Assembly: GCA_043228905.1 (NCBI GenBank)
Contig: JBHGNT010000006.1
Location: 3,844,001-3,908,000 of the forward strand
Length of the DNA stretch: 64,000 nt
Source: Azolla caroliniana
Lineage: Eukaryota > Plantae > Polypodiophyta
Reading direction: 5' to 3'
The stretch's first letter is position 1, and the number at the start of each line of letters is the position of its first letter. Under the pieces are notes generated by a model, which was not told where the DNA came from, ran no database searches, and was given only the letters and a program-made list of their open reading frames with translations. Of the stretch, positions 37,367-52,200 are shown one piece after another. The translations under genes were made by a program, and so were the position numbers.

Positions 37367-39033
37367 CCTAAATGGTAAAATAACAATACATGCACATCTA
37401 TATATCTATATGGAAATTAGAAGGTTAGCAAAAGCCTTTCTTATGGAGAGCTAATCACAAGTGATGTGGAAGGAAGAAGTCTCTTAACTGACTAATTTTG
37501 GTGACCACCAACCACATTTGGAGAAATACTAGGCAGTGCTCGAAAGTGTGCCCCCCTCCCCCCTTCCATGTGAAATGAAAGCAATCTGTGACACAGAAGT
37601 CTTACCTCCATCTTCTGCCAGAACTTAAGAAGCTCGTAATGTGTCCCCTTTCCAACCCCCCCCCCCCCCCCCCCAAAAAAAATAAAAAATTTGTGCTATT
37701 TGAATGGCTTCAGAAATAAACTGCTGCGCGGATCTCGTGTGACGGAACATGCCATTCACAATAGTGTTGCGAAATGGCACACCTCACTTTTAATTTATGA
37801 TGTTGGAAAGAAGGGGATGCGATGAGGGGCTTCCCAGGCATTTGTATGAAGAGAAACGTTTATATGTATTTCATTCGTTAAAACGTGTGATACAATGGAT
37901 TAGACAAACGTTGCAATTTAAACATTGACATGCTGCTCAATATTTTTGGCGACAGATTACTTTTGGTCTCTTGTGATCTTACCACTTAACATATTGTGAT
38001 TTTTAACGTTGTATCTTATACACAATTGCTTTTTAGTTTACTCAACAACATTGAATAATCTCTACCAGATTTGAGAAGGCCTATGATTCTCAGTGTTTAT
38101 TGGAACTAACTTCCTACTTCTTCATTTTTTGGCTACTTGAATTCCTACATTTTTCCGGAAGTATAATCTCAATTTGTTGTGATCCCATGAAGTATAAGAA
38201 TATCCCTTTCTACTCCATAGTGATTTCTTTGTTACTCATTTCGTGAGCAAAAACGTTTTTTGATTCTTGTTCACCCGATGCCGAGATCTTGAATGTTAAT
38301 ATGGTGATATTATTGCAATCAACATGTTTTGCTTAGAGGTTGATAAAGTGGTTTCATATATATTTGTTTAATGCAAGTAAACCGATTTTCAAAGGATATT
38401 GCTACGCTTCTTAGATCTGCTGTTACACTTGGATCATGGCATTTGGGATGGTTATATCTTGGAGATAATCAAAACATGTCTTGTTGCGATGTAGTTTTAG
38501 ATCGAATTGCTACTGATATATTCTGTAACTTGGTCCATTTTTGCATTTATTTGACCCACAAAAGGAAGAACGTCTCTCATTGATTTGCAGTACCCACTTT
38601 CACTTGGCATGAAATAGCTTGAATATTAAATTGGGTGCACTTAGCTATAACATATTACACAACCACTTTAATAATTGATCCATCTTTCATTGGAGAGAGA
38701 GTTTTGGTCTATAATCTTATATGGGTAGGTGCATGACCTATATTGAAAAGCAAAATGTTAGGCATTATTGATGTGAACTCCAAGAGTTGAGCTTTTCTTA
38801 GCTGGTTATGAGGGGTGTCTATCCAAATAATTTTTCTGGCATTCTTTTCTGTGATATGTTTCCCACCATGGCCAAAATGGCACCTTCCTTTTTCGGTGGA
38901 TTGTCATAGGATGGTTAGTGGTTGTTAAGCTCATTTATGCATGTGAAAATGTGAACATTCCTCCTTTTTTCTATCCTTTTTGGGCTCCTAGACACATTTA
39001 ACCATTGTCAAAAAGTGATTTAGTCCCACTGGT

Positions 39034-39109
39034 TCTCAAGCAACTTGGATGCTAATTGATTGTACTCTCACTCTCAAGCAACTTGGATGCTAATTGATTG
39101 TACTCTCAC
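39034..39109. repeat. Perfect 38-bp tandem duplication
   Basis: TCTCAAGCAACTTGGATGCTAATTGATTGTACTCTCAC x2. Confidence 0.95.
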
Positions 39110-40739
39110 TTCGTGACTTGCCCATCCAATGGTAACTGAAATTCTACTATCTTCAATGCATCCAATTCCTCTCGAGTCATGGTTCACAATCCATACATTG
39201 AGGAACAATGGTCATCCAAATCGAGGAGTTTATTGTAATGAGGGATGACATTTGCTCTCTAACATGTACAATTGCTATTTCCTTGACTTTGGTGATTTCA
39301 AATAGTGTCCATTGTTTCTTGGTTGCAACGTCTTTGTACTGAATGTGCTTCTTCTTCGTTTGTCTCCTCTTCAAACGAGAGTTGAAAGCTCTCCATCTCT
39401 CCACTAACGATGACTTTCCTTGTTAGATGGATGCCATACATCATGCTTAGCTCCATTCTAGTTGATATAGGTCATCATGATCCAAGAAAGCATTGTTGCC
39501 ATGATCTTAACAACACAATTAATTACTTACTAATGGAACATATAAGGACACAACTATATCTTTTTGTAAGAATCCTTCATTTTATGTAGCCTTGAGTGTT
39601 AGTTGGATGTAGAAGGATATGCCAACCAATGAGATGAGCGTGATGTGAGTTAATGGAACGTCATTCTCAATGTGAGTCGATGGAGTGTCGTGTTACAATT
39701 GTGAGTTCATTACAATTTGTCTTCTTTCTTGTATTCATGGTGTAAGACCTATTTGTTTAGGTCTTCATGAGTAATTACATCAACTTATATGCTAATAGCA
39801 ATAATTATCTCACCAACCCACCCACAACAACCCGGCAAGAGGTTTCACACTTCCACCATGTGTGATTTGTGTCATACAAGCAACCACCCCATGTAGCAAT
39901 GCATATGCAATGACCTTGCCAAGTTCTGTGCCACCAAGCTAACATACCATCTAGGCCATACCATTGACTAAAATTACACTTGCCAAGAACTATAGCTTGA
40001 CCAAAGAGGTCTTCTCAAACGAACCCTTCCCTCCTAATAATTATATCTACCACAACCACACAACTTCATTTGGCCAAGAGCACAATGCTTCATGCAACTA
40101 TGGTTTGCTCCATGATAATTTATCCATGTGACAACACCTTCTTGATTGATGCTTATGACCTATGTGTTGGCGATCCATATGATGATCACATAAATGACGA
40201 TTAATATCCATGCATGAGGAGAGAAAAAAGATGAGGGAATAGCAATAACCATAGCCTTTGCGACAACCATCACAAGGTTCTTAACTACACCAAAAAAGAT
40301 GGAAGATAATGGCAAAAAGGAAAAATATTGCACCAAGAAAGGCATTAATTGTTTCAATAAGGCCGAAGAATTTGTTGGTCTACTCTTCTTACTAAAATAG
40401 ATGTTGAATTTGAGTAGTTGGAAGCTTTTTAACCCATGGAATTTGGTAAACATAAATTTGAACGTGTTTATAGACTACTAGTATTTGTACAAAGCTAATG
40501 TCAAACAAGTGAATTATGTAGCATGTGGAAAATAACAAGATGAAGTGATAAAAAAATGTACCCTTTATAACAACAATGGACAAGGCAAAGAAGGAAAAAA
40601 TGACAGAAGTATGGAAGGAAGTGGAAAACAATTAGAGAACCAATGAATGAGGAGTATGGATCAAGTTGGGTCCATCAACCTCAACCACTCTTTGACCTCT
40701 TGCTATTAGTGCACTTCCACACCCTTCTTTACGATTAAA

Positions 40740-41980
40740 GATGTATGCATAGGGCTTAGGAAATTAGCCTCTCAAAAGGCATGGGAAACGTTGAAATGCT
40801 CAAATGTATAAACGCTGAAATGCTCAAATGGATGGGAAAGTGTGCACTTGCATGGACAAATAATATGTTTAATCATGCATCGTGACATAGTGTGCTATAT
40901 TATTAGAGTACACATTGGATTAAACCTCAACATAAAGGTGGAGATATAAATAATGTGAACATTTATTGGACAATCATGATAGGTTCAATTATGGAAAATT
41001 AATTGAATATATAATGGAACCAAAGGTATGTGCATGGGCTAAAAGCATGACAAGATATATTATGGATAAATAACGTTTGAAAACACCATGCACCATCGAT
41101 CAACATGTCACTCATCAAGCATTAATAGAAAAAAGTTGTTTGAGAGGTAAGGGTTAAAATTGTTTATTCCTAGACAATAATAAAGCTTTTGATGTAGTAC
41201 CTCATGAGCATATGTGGAGGCACATGGAAGAACTTGGGGTACCAATTGAATATATCCTAGCAATTTCCCAAATCTATGAGAAGGTCATATGGGCGACGAA
41301 ATTTCAAACATTTTCAACAGAACTATTAGTTTATGTATTGATGAATGAATACAAACGACTATCAAGTTTGTAAAAGAAGAAGCCAACAAAGGAGTTTTCA
41401 TGAGGAATGTAGTTATCATGCTTTTTGTTGTATGTAGATGATGTAATGTTTTTAGCAAAAACTTTATGAGATGCACAAAAGCTTATGAATGCATTGTGTA
41501 GACTAAGTGAAGTATCAATAGCTCCAACATGAAGGTTATTCTTGTGAAGAGCAAGCATAAGGATGAACCATGCATTATGTACAATAATGAGTAATTTAAT
41601 ACAATGGAAAGCTTTCAATGTTTTGGCCTTTAAGTTCCTTGAAATCATAGATGAAATGAATGTGCTAAATGTTGCTTATAGACAAAATGAGAGCACATTA
41701 TGCATTTAAAAAATCATGGAATGGTGGAGAAATTAAATGTGGGTCCTCAAGAAATACACTTTCGAAACTTTCGTAACATTGATCTTCTGTATTGGGTGGG
41801 GGGGGAGGTATAGGGTGATGACATGCCTCAATCCACTTGGAAAGAGTTTGAATTTAATGTCCAAAAACATTTTCTCATAACGTTCCTCCAAGTCAAGAAA
41901 CAAATGTCATACTTGTTGAGATGGGATCACTTCTCATTGACATCATGAACATGGAAAGAGTTTTTGAATATAATAACCAT
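40740..41980 (+). mobile_element. Highly decayed non-LTR retrotransposon RT remnant (RTE-like)
   Basis: Broken frames give LDNNKAFDVVPHEHMWRHMEELGVP and LLYVDDVMFLAKT; boundaries approximate. Confidence 0.65.
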
Positions 41981-42179
41981 TCGGTTGAGTGCACACTTCG
42001 ATCTAAAGGAAAAAAGTGTGCATTTAACCGAGCTATGCACTTAGGGCTTTTTTCCAAAAAAAATCCTTGCATATTTTGAGAAAGTGCAACCCCAACAACC
42101 ACTGATCAAACCCTCCTTGTTCCTTAATCGATCCCACACTGCCACTCACCACGTTGCTACTCACAACACTACCGTGTTT

Positions 42180-42895
42180 CTACATTCTTCACCTGGTATG
42201 TAGATTTTGTGTACATGCCCAAAAGCAAGTTTTCTTAGAACGAGGGTTTAGGGGATTCGAAAAATCATTGATTGTAGAAGAGTATGTAATGGATTTGTGT
42301 GGTTTTTTATGGCTGCATTGGAGTCCATATGTCCACTAGATTCACAACTTGTGGTTTTCTTAGAACGAGGGAAAGGGGATTTGAAAATAATCAATTATAG
42401 AAGAGTATCTAATGGATTTGTGTGGTTTTTTATGGTTGAATTGGAGTCGACATGTCGATTCGATTCACAAATTTGTAGGTTTAACTGAACAAGGGAAAGG
42501 GGATTTGAAAATAATCGATTGTAAAAGAGTATGTAATGGATTTGTCTACAGTCCTACATTCTTCACCGGATATGTAGACTTTTTGTACATGCCGAAAAGC
42601 AAGTTTTCTTAGAACGAGGGTTTAGGGAATTAAAAAATAATCGATTGTTGAAGAGCATGTAATATATTTGTGTGGTTTTTTATGGTTGAATCGGAGTCCA
42701 TATGTTGATTAGATTCACAAATGTGTGGTTTTCTTAGGAACGAGGGAAAGGGGATTTGAAAATGATCGATTGTAAAAGAGTATATAATGGATTTGTATGG
42801 TTTGTTATGGTTGAATTAGAGTTCATATGTCGATTGGATTTACAAATGTGTATTTTTTTAGAACGATGGAAAGGGGATTTGAAAATGATTGATTA
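42180..42895. repeat. About 125-bp tandem repeat, 5-6 diverged copies
   Basis: TTCTTAGAACGAGG...GGGGATTTGAAAA...GATTGTA recurs near 42232, 42357, 42480, 42606, 42731 and 42855. Confidence 0.88.
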
Positions 42896-42899
42896 AGTA

Positions 42900-45800
42900 A
42901 TGTGAAATTAGCTAATTAGCATTATTACATATATGAATTCAACCCATAAGTGAGGTGTTAGACCTCTTTTGGATGATGAACAAAGGCAAAAATTTTGCAT
43001 GAGCAGATAGGCGGGGGGCTGACCATGGCACATTCCGAAATGTACACCAATGAAGGCTTGGGCAATGTCTTGATAGTAAAGGAGAATAATGACATTGGAC
43101 AGGTTCAAGAGAAGCAGGTGGAGGAGGGCATTGATGAAAGAAAAGGGATCGACCTTTATCTTTCTCCGGCAGAGAATCGAAGATTGATGGAAGAAGTGGG
43201 CCGTTTAAAGTCTTCATCGTTCATATGTCGGTTGTTAGGAGGACGACCAAGTAAAGGGATGTTAAGGGACATGTTGCAGGCAGCCCTTTTGGATAAAATG
43301 CCGCCTATCCAGAACATTTTGAGAATGGGCCTCAACTATTACCATGTGATCTTAGAAGAAGGCCATAATGTGCAAGAGATTCTGGACCATAAATGGATTA
43401 CACTAAAGTATGGCAAAGCCATGATTTTGGAATGGAGTCTAGACTTCGATGCAAAGGAAGAGAATAAAAAAGCGGGCACACCGATGGTCATTTCAGTATG
43501 CTTCCTAAACCTACCCTTCCAACTCCACCATTTGATCCCAAAGCTCGCACACAATATAGGGGTGGTATGTACAACGAAACCTTCATTTGCAGATAAGGTA
43601 GCAGAAATGGCCAAGATGAAGGTGTTGGTTAGTGACATTAAAAAACTACCATCAGAGATTAGAGTCCACATGGAGGACTTTGGCCTAAGGGTGGTGAAGG
43701 TTGGTTATGAAGGCATGCCGGGTCAATGCTTTGCATGTAAGGAGATGGGCCATATGGCCAAACACTGCCCCCGGTATGGGAATGCAAGAGCGGATAGGGG
43801 ACAACAAGACAACAAGTTGCCGGATATCCCAAATTCAGGGACGGCAAGCCACATGGTCCTGGTTCACAATGGGAAGCAAGTAGTAAAGGAAAAAGGATGG
43901 ATATCGCCGAGGAAAGTGGCCAAGCCTGGCCTCCATGGTCTTATCAGCCCACCTACAAGTGGAGGTTCCATTTCGAATAGATTTGACATCCTATCACAAA
44001 TGGAACCCCAGGAAGGCGAAATAATTTTAGCAACTCCATTTTATTTACTGCCACGAGTCGAGACCCACGAAACACTCGTCAAGCCCTCTGAGGGCCGTGT
44101 CAGTAGATCTTCATCAGACCTGAGAAAGGTTAAGGCTTGGATCAGGAAAGGGAAGGACAAGGAAAGTGAAGTGGACATCAGGAATACTAAATCGCAAAAA
44201 ATGATCGCACGGATTGAGGTTGGAAATCCCTCGTCTGTGGGTGTTGAGTTTGTTATGTTGCAAGCATTGAGGATGCAAGATATGCAGGTACCCAAGATCG
44301 TGGTGAACATTGGTAATCCAAGGGGAAGAGTGCACGGGTGGACTAGAGCACACATGGTCCTCTTCAACAGCAACTTAGGTAGACCGGAGATTGGTTGTTC
44401 TTTTGACTTGGAGCCTGATTTGAAAGATGAAAGGGGAGAAGACTCGTCCTTGAAGTCGTTTTGTAACAGGGCAACATTATGTCTCCAATACCTTACATTT
44501 GAAAATGAGGCTGTGGGGCTGCAAACATTATGGAAGAGCTCCCCGATACAAGGGAAGCTTATGGAACTTGCTCAAGATGTTCCAGTGGTTTGCATATGGA
44601 AGGTATAGGATCTAGGGTTGAAGCCTAGTTTGTTCCACTTCCATTGTGTTGAAGTACCCAAGAATCAAGAATGGAAAATAAGTATGGAGTGGGAATTTAT
44701 ATGGCGTATGGTAGAGACATATTTATCGAGCATGGGAAACTCCCCCTTGGCTTTTTTTGTGAACCCAAGTCAATGAGAATTTGTTCTTGGAATGTGCAAG
44801 GACTTGGTGGGTCTCAACATCAGCTAGAGATGCGTCAGTTTAGGAGAGAATGGGAAGCTGATGGCCTTTGTAAAACGATTGATATTTTGCTCTTATAAGA
44901 GTATCACCTTGGCTGAGAAAGAACGGAACTTTTCAAAGACCCGTTGCCAGGGGATTGGTACACATGGTGGGCTCCTGCTCACGGCATGTTAGAAAGGAGA
45001 GGTGGAGTGTGTATTTCGGTGAGGAAATCAGCAGATATCACCACCTTCGATCATGGCATATTGATCGAAGGTAGGGCCATGTTCTGCTACTTGGAATGGA
45101 GGAATGTAAATTTGGGGTGTTGAATGTCTACGCACTTAACATTAGCAATGAGAGGACCTCATTTTGGAGATTGTTGGCAAACAAAATTCCCTCCTTCGAC
45201 AATTGGATAGTGGCGGGGGATTTTAAGATGACAGAGAGAATGGAAGATTGTCTTGGGGCTCATTCGAACTTGCTACAAGGGGAGGAGCTTAGAGCGTGGG
45301 GTTTCTTAATTTTTATGTTGGGAATCCGGGATTCATGGTACTCTAGTATGGCAGTTCATGTGAATTCCTTGAGGTTCTCATGATTTGGCTAGAAGGAGAG
45401 TGAAGGATGTCACTTTAGATTGGACCGCATCTATGTGAGCCCCGAGATAGAGGAATGGGGTGGCTACTCATCCATTCTAGCTGGTTTTACATATTTGGAT
45501 CACCTTCCAGTATCCTTGACTCTTGAACCTATTTATAAGAAGAAGAGTGAGAGCAATTTGAGGATTCCTCCAAAGATTTTTGGTATCCAGAAGGTTAAGG
45601 ATGCAATCAATACCATCTGGACGACATCCCCATCAGCCCATGACCCGATGTAGGTACTGGAGGAAAAGATTATTAATTCTTCTTTGTTTCTTCAAAAAGT
45701 GGCTAGGGAGGAGCTGTAAGGTGTCAATACCGTCTGAAATGCCTGAGGAAGGCAGTCATCTCAGCTCAAAAGCTCACGCAAGTGGACCCATGTTGTGCTT

Positions 45801-48800
45801 GGGCAAAAGATAGGCTGTAGGAGGCCACTAGGTTGCTGCAACGTGAGCAATTCCTCTTCAGAAAGTCGGCAGCATGGTGGGCTATCAAGGGTGATAAAGT
45901 TAACATGGAGTTTTTTCTTACCAAAACTCCGAAAAGGAGGGGAACACATATTCATAGTCTCAAACGGGAGGATGACTCAATGACGTTTGATCAAGAGGAA
46001 ATCTTGCAAATTGCGACTAATTACTACAGCGACCTTTTAGCTCCTACGTTGACAAACGACCCTCCGAGTAACCTAATGCATGATGTAATTACATGCTTGA
46101 AGACCAGGATCGGAGAGGCAGCTAAAGCGCAGGTTTCAAAAGCCATAGAGGAGGAAGAGATTGTAGCGGGGCTAGACAAGATACATAGTATGGCTTGTCC
46201 TGGTGTTGATGGCCTTCCCAAAGCCTTCTTCAAGGAGTTTTGGGAGCAAATTTTTCCAACCTTGAAAGCTGGACTACAAGAGATGTGGAGAACGGGACGG
46301 ATGCCGAGTAGCTTCAATGAAGGCTTGATCTACTTGATTTCGAAATCGGAGACTGCGTTGCACGAGATTAGACAATGGAGGCCCATTACAATTTTAAATC
46401 TAATTTATAAAAATTTTGCTAACATATTAGTGCAGAGAATCAAGCCCTTCCTAGGAGATATCATCCAGTCCAATCAAACCAATTTCATGGAGCATCGTTC
46501 TATTATGGACAACGTGATTTTGTGGGAGGCTGTTGCAACGGCAAAGGAGACCAATCAAAACTTATCATGTCTGATGCTCGACTTCAAGAAAGCCTATGAT
46601 CGAGTGCAATGGTCTTTCTTGGAAGAAGTGATGAAGGTCATTGAGCTACCTTTGGAGTGGAGGTGTGCTGCCCAAGCCTTATATAGGAAGGGCTCTAGTA
46701 AGGTGTTGATTGCAGGGAGGAAAGGAGCTCGAATCTTTCTAACTCGATCCATCAAGCAAGGTTGTCCTCTTGCCCCCTTTCTTTTCCTTTTTATTATTGA
46801 AGCAATGTCTGCCCTTTTTAACAGTCAAGGGGCAAATCTTCATGGTCTTTCGATCCCTAATTCAAGGAAGTCCTTGCTGGACTCGAAGTTCGCGGACGAT
46901 ACGATGCTATACCTCCAAGGAAATGAAGCGAATCTTGAGAGGGCACAGAGTGCTATTGAACTCTTTTGCAAGGCATCGGGAGCGTCCATCAATTGGAAGA
47001 AGTCCAAGGGTTTTTGGATCAGCTTGGAGTCCGAGCCTGTTTGGAAGCCAAATGTTGAATTCAAATGGATTGCAAACGGGGAAACCACTAGGTATCTGGG
47101 AACGTGGATTGGGGTAGATATCGACAAAGGAATTCAATTGCAACAAATTCAAAGCAAAATCTATGACAAAATTCGCAACTGGTCAGGGATGAACTTATCA
47201 TTGGTTGGCAGGATCATAATAGCTAACCATGTGCTCTTGTCTACGTTATGGCATGTAGTTTCAGTGTGGATGTTTGACAAGCAAGCTATTTGTAATGTTA
47301 AAGCGTGTATTAGGGGATTCCTTTGGGCTGGGATGAGGAAAGACAATGCGGCAGCCAAAGTATCATGGTCTACGTTGGTTCTTCCCAAGAGTAAGGGGGG
47401 TTTAGGATTGATTGACCCTGGATTGCAAAGTCAGGCATTGTTATGTAAGGTATTTATAAGGAGCTTGCTACCTGGTAACGAGTTATGGAAAACATTGATA
47501 CATAATAGGAGCATTGTCTGGAGTCCAAGACTGGGTGGGCAATGAAAGTCACACAAAGTGTGGCCTTTTTGTATGGCCTTAAAGTTGAGGAAATCTAATC
47601 GGTTGGTTGATCGTACTTGTATGTCAGTGATGCAGGCGTGGAGTATGCTCCGTGGGCATCTAAGTCAAAATCGTCCAAGTACTAGTGCTGAATGGATGCG
47701 CCAACCCCTACTGTGGAACGAGATCGTACAATCGCCAGAAGGAACGATGCTTGGACAAAGCAAGCACATGTCATGGGCTACATTGTATTGTCTAGGGATA
47801 CACTCGGTGGCTGATTGGATGTGGTTGTCCGGCAATAATCGTGATCAATTATATGAAGACTTGGGAAAGGTCAGAAATGGCAGAAAGATGCTTGATGTAG
47901 TCAATACAACTGTCTCCTCGCTTCCTATTGGTAATGAGGAAGAGGGTGAATGGTCCGGACAATGTGATGATACCGGAAAAATTATCAATGTCAGGGGTCT
48001 AGGAAAGAATGGGAAGACCGTCCAGATGGGATTATTAGATGAAAGTATTGGCTGGTACCCGATTAGAATTGTGGCAAGAGCCGGAAAGAAATGGAAGGTG
48101 AATCCACCAGTCAAAGAGGTTGAGGAGGATTGGATCTTGTACGTGGTTGAAGGCAAGCCTCTCAAGCGCGTAGAATGGGATCCCGTTGAATATTCATGGA
48201 AGGGAGAACAAGATAAATCATTAGGTTTCTTCGAATACTCGACGCAGTTGGGAGGAAAGTTAGGTTCATATCGTGAGAAGTGTGCCAACAAGTGGTCCCA
48301 TGCAGCTATCGATTCAGCCTTCGTGGATAGAACCAGGAGTAGGATATGGAACTCATCCCTTCCCGAGCGGATCAAAGTGTTTTTCTGGTTAGTCACCCAT
48401 CGGGTTGTTCCAACGGGAGAGTGGCTTGGGAATAAAGGCGGCATGAGTGGTCACAAGGCCTGTAGTGAGAGCTTGGAGGACATCGCTCATTGTTTGTGGT
48501 GCTACCCTCGAGCGCAAGAAATTTGGTTGAGGAGCTTAAGAATCTTGGCTCGGTTCGGGGTTGAGGTTCATGTATCGAGCATAGCAATCACTTGGTTGGC
48601 CATTGAATCGGCCTCGTGGTTTCAAGGGTGGAATGGAAACAATCCTTCTTTAAAGGTGATGCAAGGATCTATGCAACCAGCGCAAGGAGGTTTATTATTC
48701 TTACATGAACGATGCGTGGACATATGGGTATTAGTGGTCGGCCTTACGGTCTGGCAAGTGTGGGTATCTAGGTGCAAGGAGACTTTCACAAGTAAACGAA

Positions 48801-49281
48801 CCCCACCGGCTGAGAATCTAATGATGATCTGGTTCAATCTTATTTCTACGTTGCAAGGTGAGTTTGAAAGTCTTCAAGGGCCATCTGACGCAAGTGAAGA
48901 AGCTAGAGCTCGTTTCTTACTGAAATGGAGCGGTTCGTCGATGCTACAGATAATGGATGGTAAAGTGAAGTGGAATTATCAACCACCATGGTGGTTGTTC
49001 CCTCCAAGTGTACCTAACATCTAGATGGGTGCTGCCATGAGGAGTGAATGGAGGACATCTATGTTGAATTCTGCTTGTATGAGGCTCACATGGAGAATAT
49101 GCGTTCGAGTAATGCTATACACATCGAATGATGTGGAGCTTTGGAGTTGTTGTTTTTGTTGTTTCATCTACACATATTGTTTTCCTTCGACATGCAAGAT
49201 GTCTTATAAGATATGAGTTGTAAATTATCCTTTGTACATTGCTTAACTAATGGAAGTAGTTTTTTTTTGGAAAAAAAAAAA
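42900..49281 (+). mobile_element. Near full-length L1/Tx1-like LINE, degenerate, poly(A)-tailed
   Basis: ORF1 with CFACKEMGHMAKHC; ORF2 from 44773 (MRICSWNVQGL, GDF, LDHLP, WRPITIL, DFKKAYD, KQGCPLAP, FADD, zf-RVT-like, WNYQPPW); T-run then A-run at 49260-49281; 5' boundary approximate. Confidence 0.93.
42995..44776 (+). pseudogene. LINE ORF1 (RRM/DUF4283-like region, CCHC knuckle, C-terminal extension)
   Basis: Open 42995-44605, TAG at 44606, same frame then open to TGA 44774-44776, which overlaps the ORF2 ATG. Confidence 0.8.
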
Positions 49282-52200
49282 CTATTTATCAATCTATCTA
49301 GTTTGCACAAGCTTGAGAAATACAAAAGTCAAAAAGAGAGGGGGAACAAGCATACTTGGAGAATTTAGTACATTCTTTATTCTAATCCAATCCAACAAAC
49401 AAGCGGCTTTAGAGTGTCCCTCATGAAAATAGAAATATTTTGAGCATGGGTCTTTCAATCCATTTTGCTCGTTGGGTCACCCATCATCAGACACCAACCC
49501 CTTAATCTTTTGTGTGTGGCTCAAGGAAATGGATGGAATGATGATAGGTTTTTAAAAAACCCAAGCAAGACAATTTGAACTTCTTAGATATTAAGTTGTG
49601 TTAACATTTTTTCAAACACAATGTGTGCCTTTTGATGCCTATTTTCACAAATTTAAAAGTAAATTGATACTTATTTAAATATTCAATTAGCTATTTACAA
49701 TAGGCATGGGTTTTTCCATGTGACCCAATCGTGAGTCGAAAACTGAAGATCCAATAAAGGTCAAGACTTAACAAACATATGTGCCACATGGTTATATGGC
49801 TTGGAATAAAATGGTATTTTGATGGAGTAAAATATGCAAGACTGAAAGAGAAATATGCCTTAGACGTAAATAAGTGAGCACATATGTCCTCCAAAGAAGA
49901 CCCACTACATATGCAACAAATAACATGATAATATATTGACAGTTAGCTCGATAATATAAGAGGTCAATGAGTTCATTTCGACAAATGAATCTTTTGAAGA
50001 TATTGTATATGCTTTTGTCTTAAATGGCATATTTGGCTTAGACTTGTTATTCCTCAATGGTATTAATTATAAACATAACTTGTTGCCAAAATAAACAAAT
50101 AATATTGTAGTATGAAGTTAAATTTTATCAACCTATTACATTATGCGCAAAAATGAAAGGATATTCCCCATAAAAATTGTTTGATTAGATGCTTTTCCAT
50201 TTGCTAGGAAAATAATTTTACAAATGAAATTGCTTCATACTAGTAACCATACTACCATATATCAACTTGTTTTTGCAAGAGTGCATGCATAGTTTATATT
50301 TATATGTAATCCATAAGTATCTAATGGTTAATTGATTGTCACTCATGTTTTATATATGTCTTTTCTCTTTGTGCTATGTTTAAGAGAATCATTGATTGAA
50401 GTTGTTGTAAAGAAAAAAGAAAAACATACCAATGAAAATGCTTTGTATCGTGCAGGCACGTGTCAACTTGTTTGTGTTAGTGTGGCGTGTGGGTGTAGTT
50501 GGTAATATGTAATCTGTAAGTATGGAATGATGGATTAATTGCCACTTTTGTTCTATATGTGTCTTTGTCTTTTTGCAATGTTAAATAATATATTTGGTTT
50601 GTTCTATAAAGAAAAAGAAACTTAGTACAAGTCATAAATATTGCATGAATATTTAGATATGCTATATATAATGACATACAACCAACACTGTAAATAATGT
50701 CATGAAGTGCTTCAATCAAAGTTGTTGTGGTTTAAATTATATTTTATATAACTTTATAGATGCTAATGTGGCAATTAGTACTGTGAATTTGCAAAGCTAT
50801 AGAAAGAGAACTTATAAAAATATAACTTGCAAGAATTGCGAAAGAAATAACCAAACATGTTAGTCTTTTGTGCCTTCATATGTATATCCTTTGTTGTCAA
50901 CATTACAGAAAAGGCTAAAATTGTATAGATAGAACATGTTTCTAAGAAGGAATGATCAAAAGCTTGAGAACATACATAATGCTAGTGACTACAAAGATTG
51001 AGATATCCAAGAGAACCAAGAATTATCTAAAAAGGCTTTATGGCAAACATGCAAATGAAGACCAGAAATTGTCTGAATCTTATATGAAGAGAGGATAGAA
51101 TTTTGTATTTATTTATTTATTTATCCAAAAAAAAAACTCCTTCATTTTGTATTTATTTTGACTCACGTAATCTAAACAATGGCATTATTTATGCATGTAA
51201 CTAAAACTTTGAGGCCACATGTAAGGAAGGTTAGAGTACAAAATAATACTTATGAAAGAATCATTGCAAATCAAGCAACCGCACAAAGTCAAGTCACCAT
51301 GTGAAGGGTGTTGGAGCATATGAATGGTCATCTCATCTATGCCTCACCACATGAACTTAGCATGTTGCATATGATAGGAACAAACATCCTTTGGTCTTGC
51401 AATTGAATGCTAGGTTTATAGATTATGCTTTGCTCAATATTACCTCATTTATTGAAATAATCTCTTAACATCAGTGATTTTATCTTAGACTTGGCATGAT
51501 ATATTGAGATCAATAAGCTCCACTAAAACAAAAATTGAATCGGTGCTAAAAGTCGCTAAATTTTAAAGAGTGGTACTAGGATGATAGCTTACATGCAGCA
51601 TCGATCCAAGCTTTGAGGTTCATTCATGAGAAGAAATTTTGGAAGGAATAGTAATCAAGGAGAATGCTTGAGAAAGAAAGAAAGAAATATTAACGTCTTC
51701 TAAGGCCAAAATGAGAGAGAATCAATATTGCTCCATATTCGAGGTGTGTTTAAGATAGTTTGCAATATGTTCTACATTTCAAATTTCTAGAAAATGTTTT
51801 TGTTCGTAAGCTTCTATTGAGAGATGTGAACATTACATTTAGCCAAGTTAAAACTCTTTTGGAACTCAAATTTTTAGCTCAAAATTGAGCTTTCAGTTTA
51901 GGGTGGCATGATTTTCATCTCACAAAGAGAAGTAAATATCTAGAATGACAAAAGCCTTGCGTCTTGACCCCTAATGTTCTAGATGGAGACTCACTAAAGC
52001 ATATAAACCATTAATGTGATACAAACATATTGAAGTTTTAAATGCCAAATTCAAGGTGAAAATTTTCAACCATATCCTCATGCTTTGTGAACATTTCGAA
52101 AATGGGATTTTTCAAATAGCGTACACAACAACGACAAATATGTGTTTGCCAAAGAAACTCTATCTTTTAAACATTATGGTCTAAATATACCCCTACAAAT

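Noticed and set aside
39840-39930. CDLCHTSNHPM*QC zinc-knuckle-like string
   Set aside because: Too decayed to define an element.
42180-42895. Regularly spaced repeats as a CRISPR-like array
   Set aside because: Whole units are homologous with no unique spacers; eukaryotic context; no cas genes.
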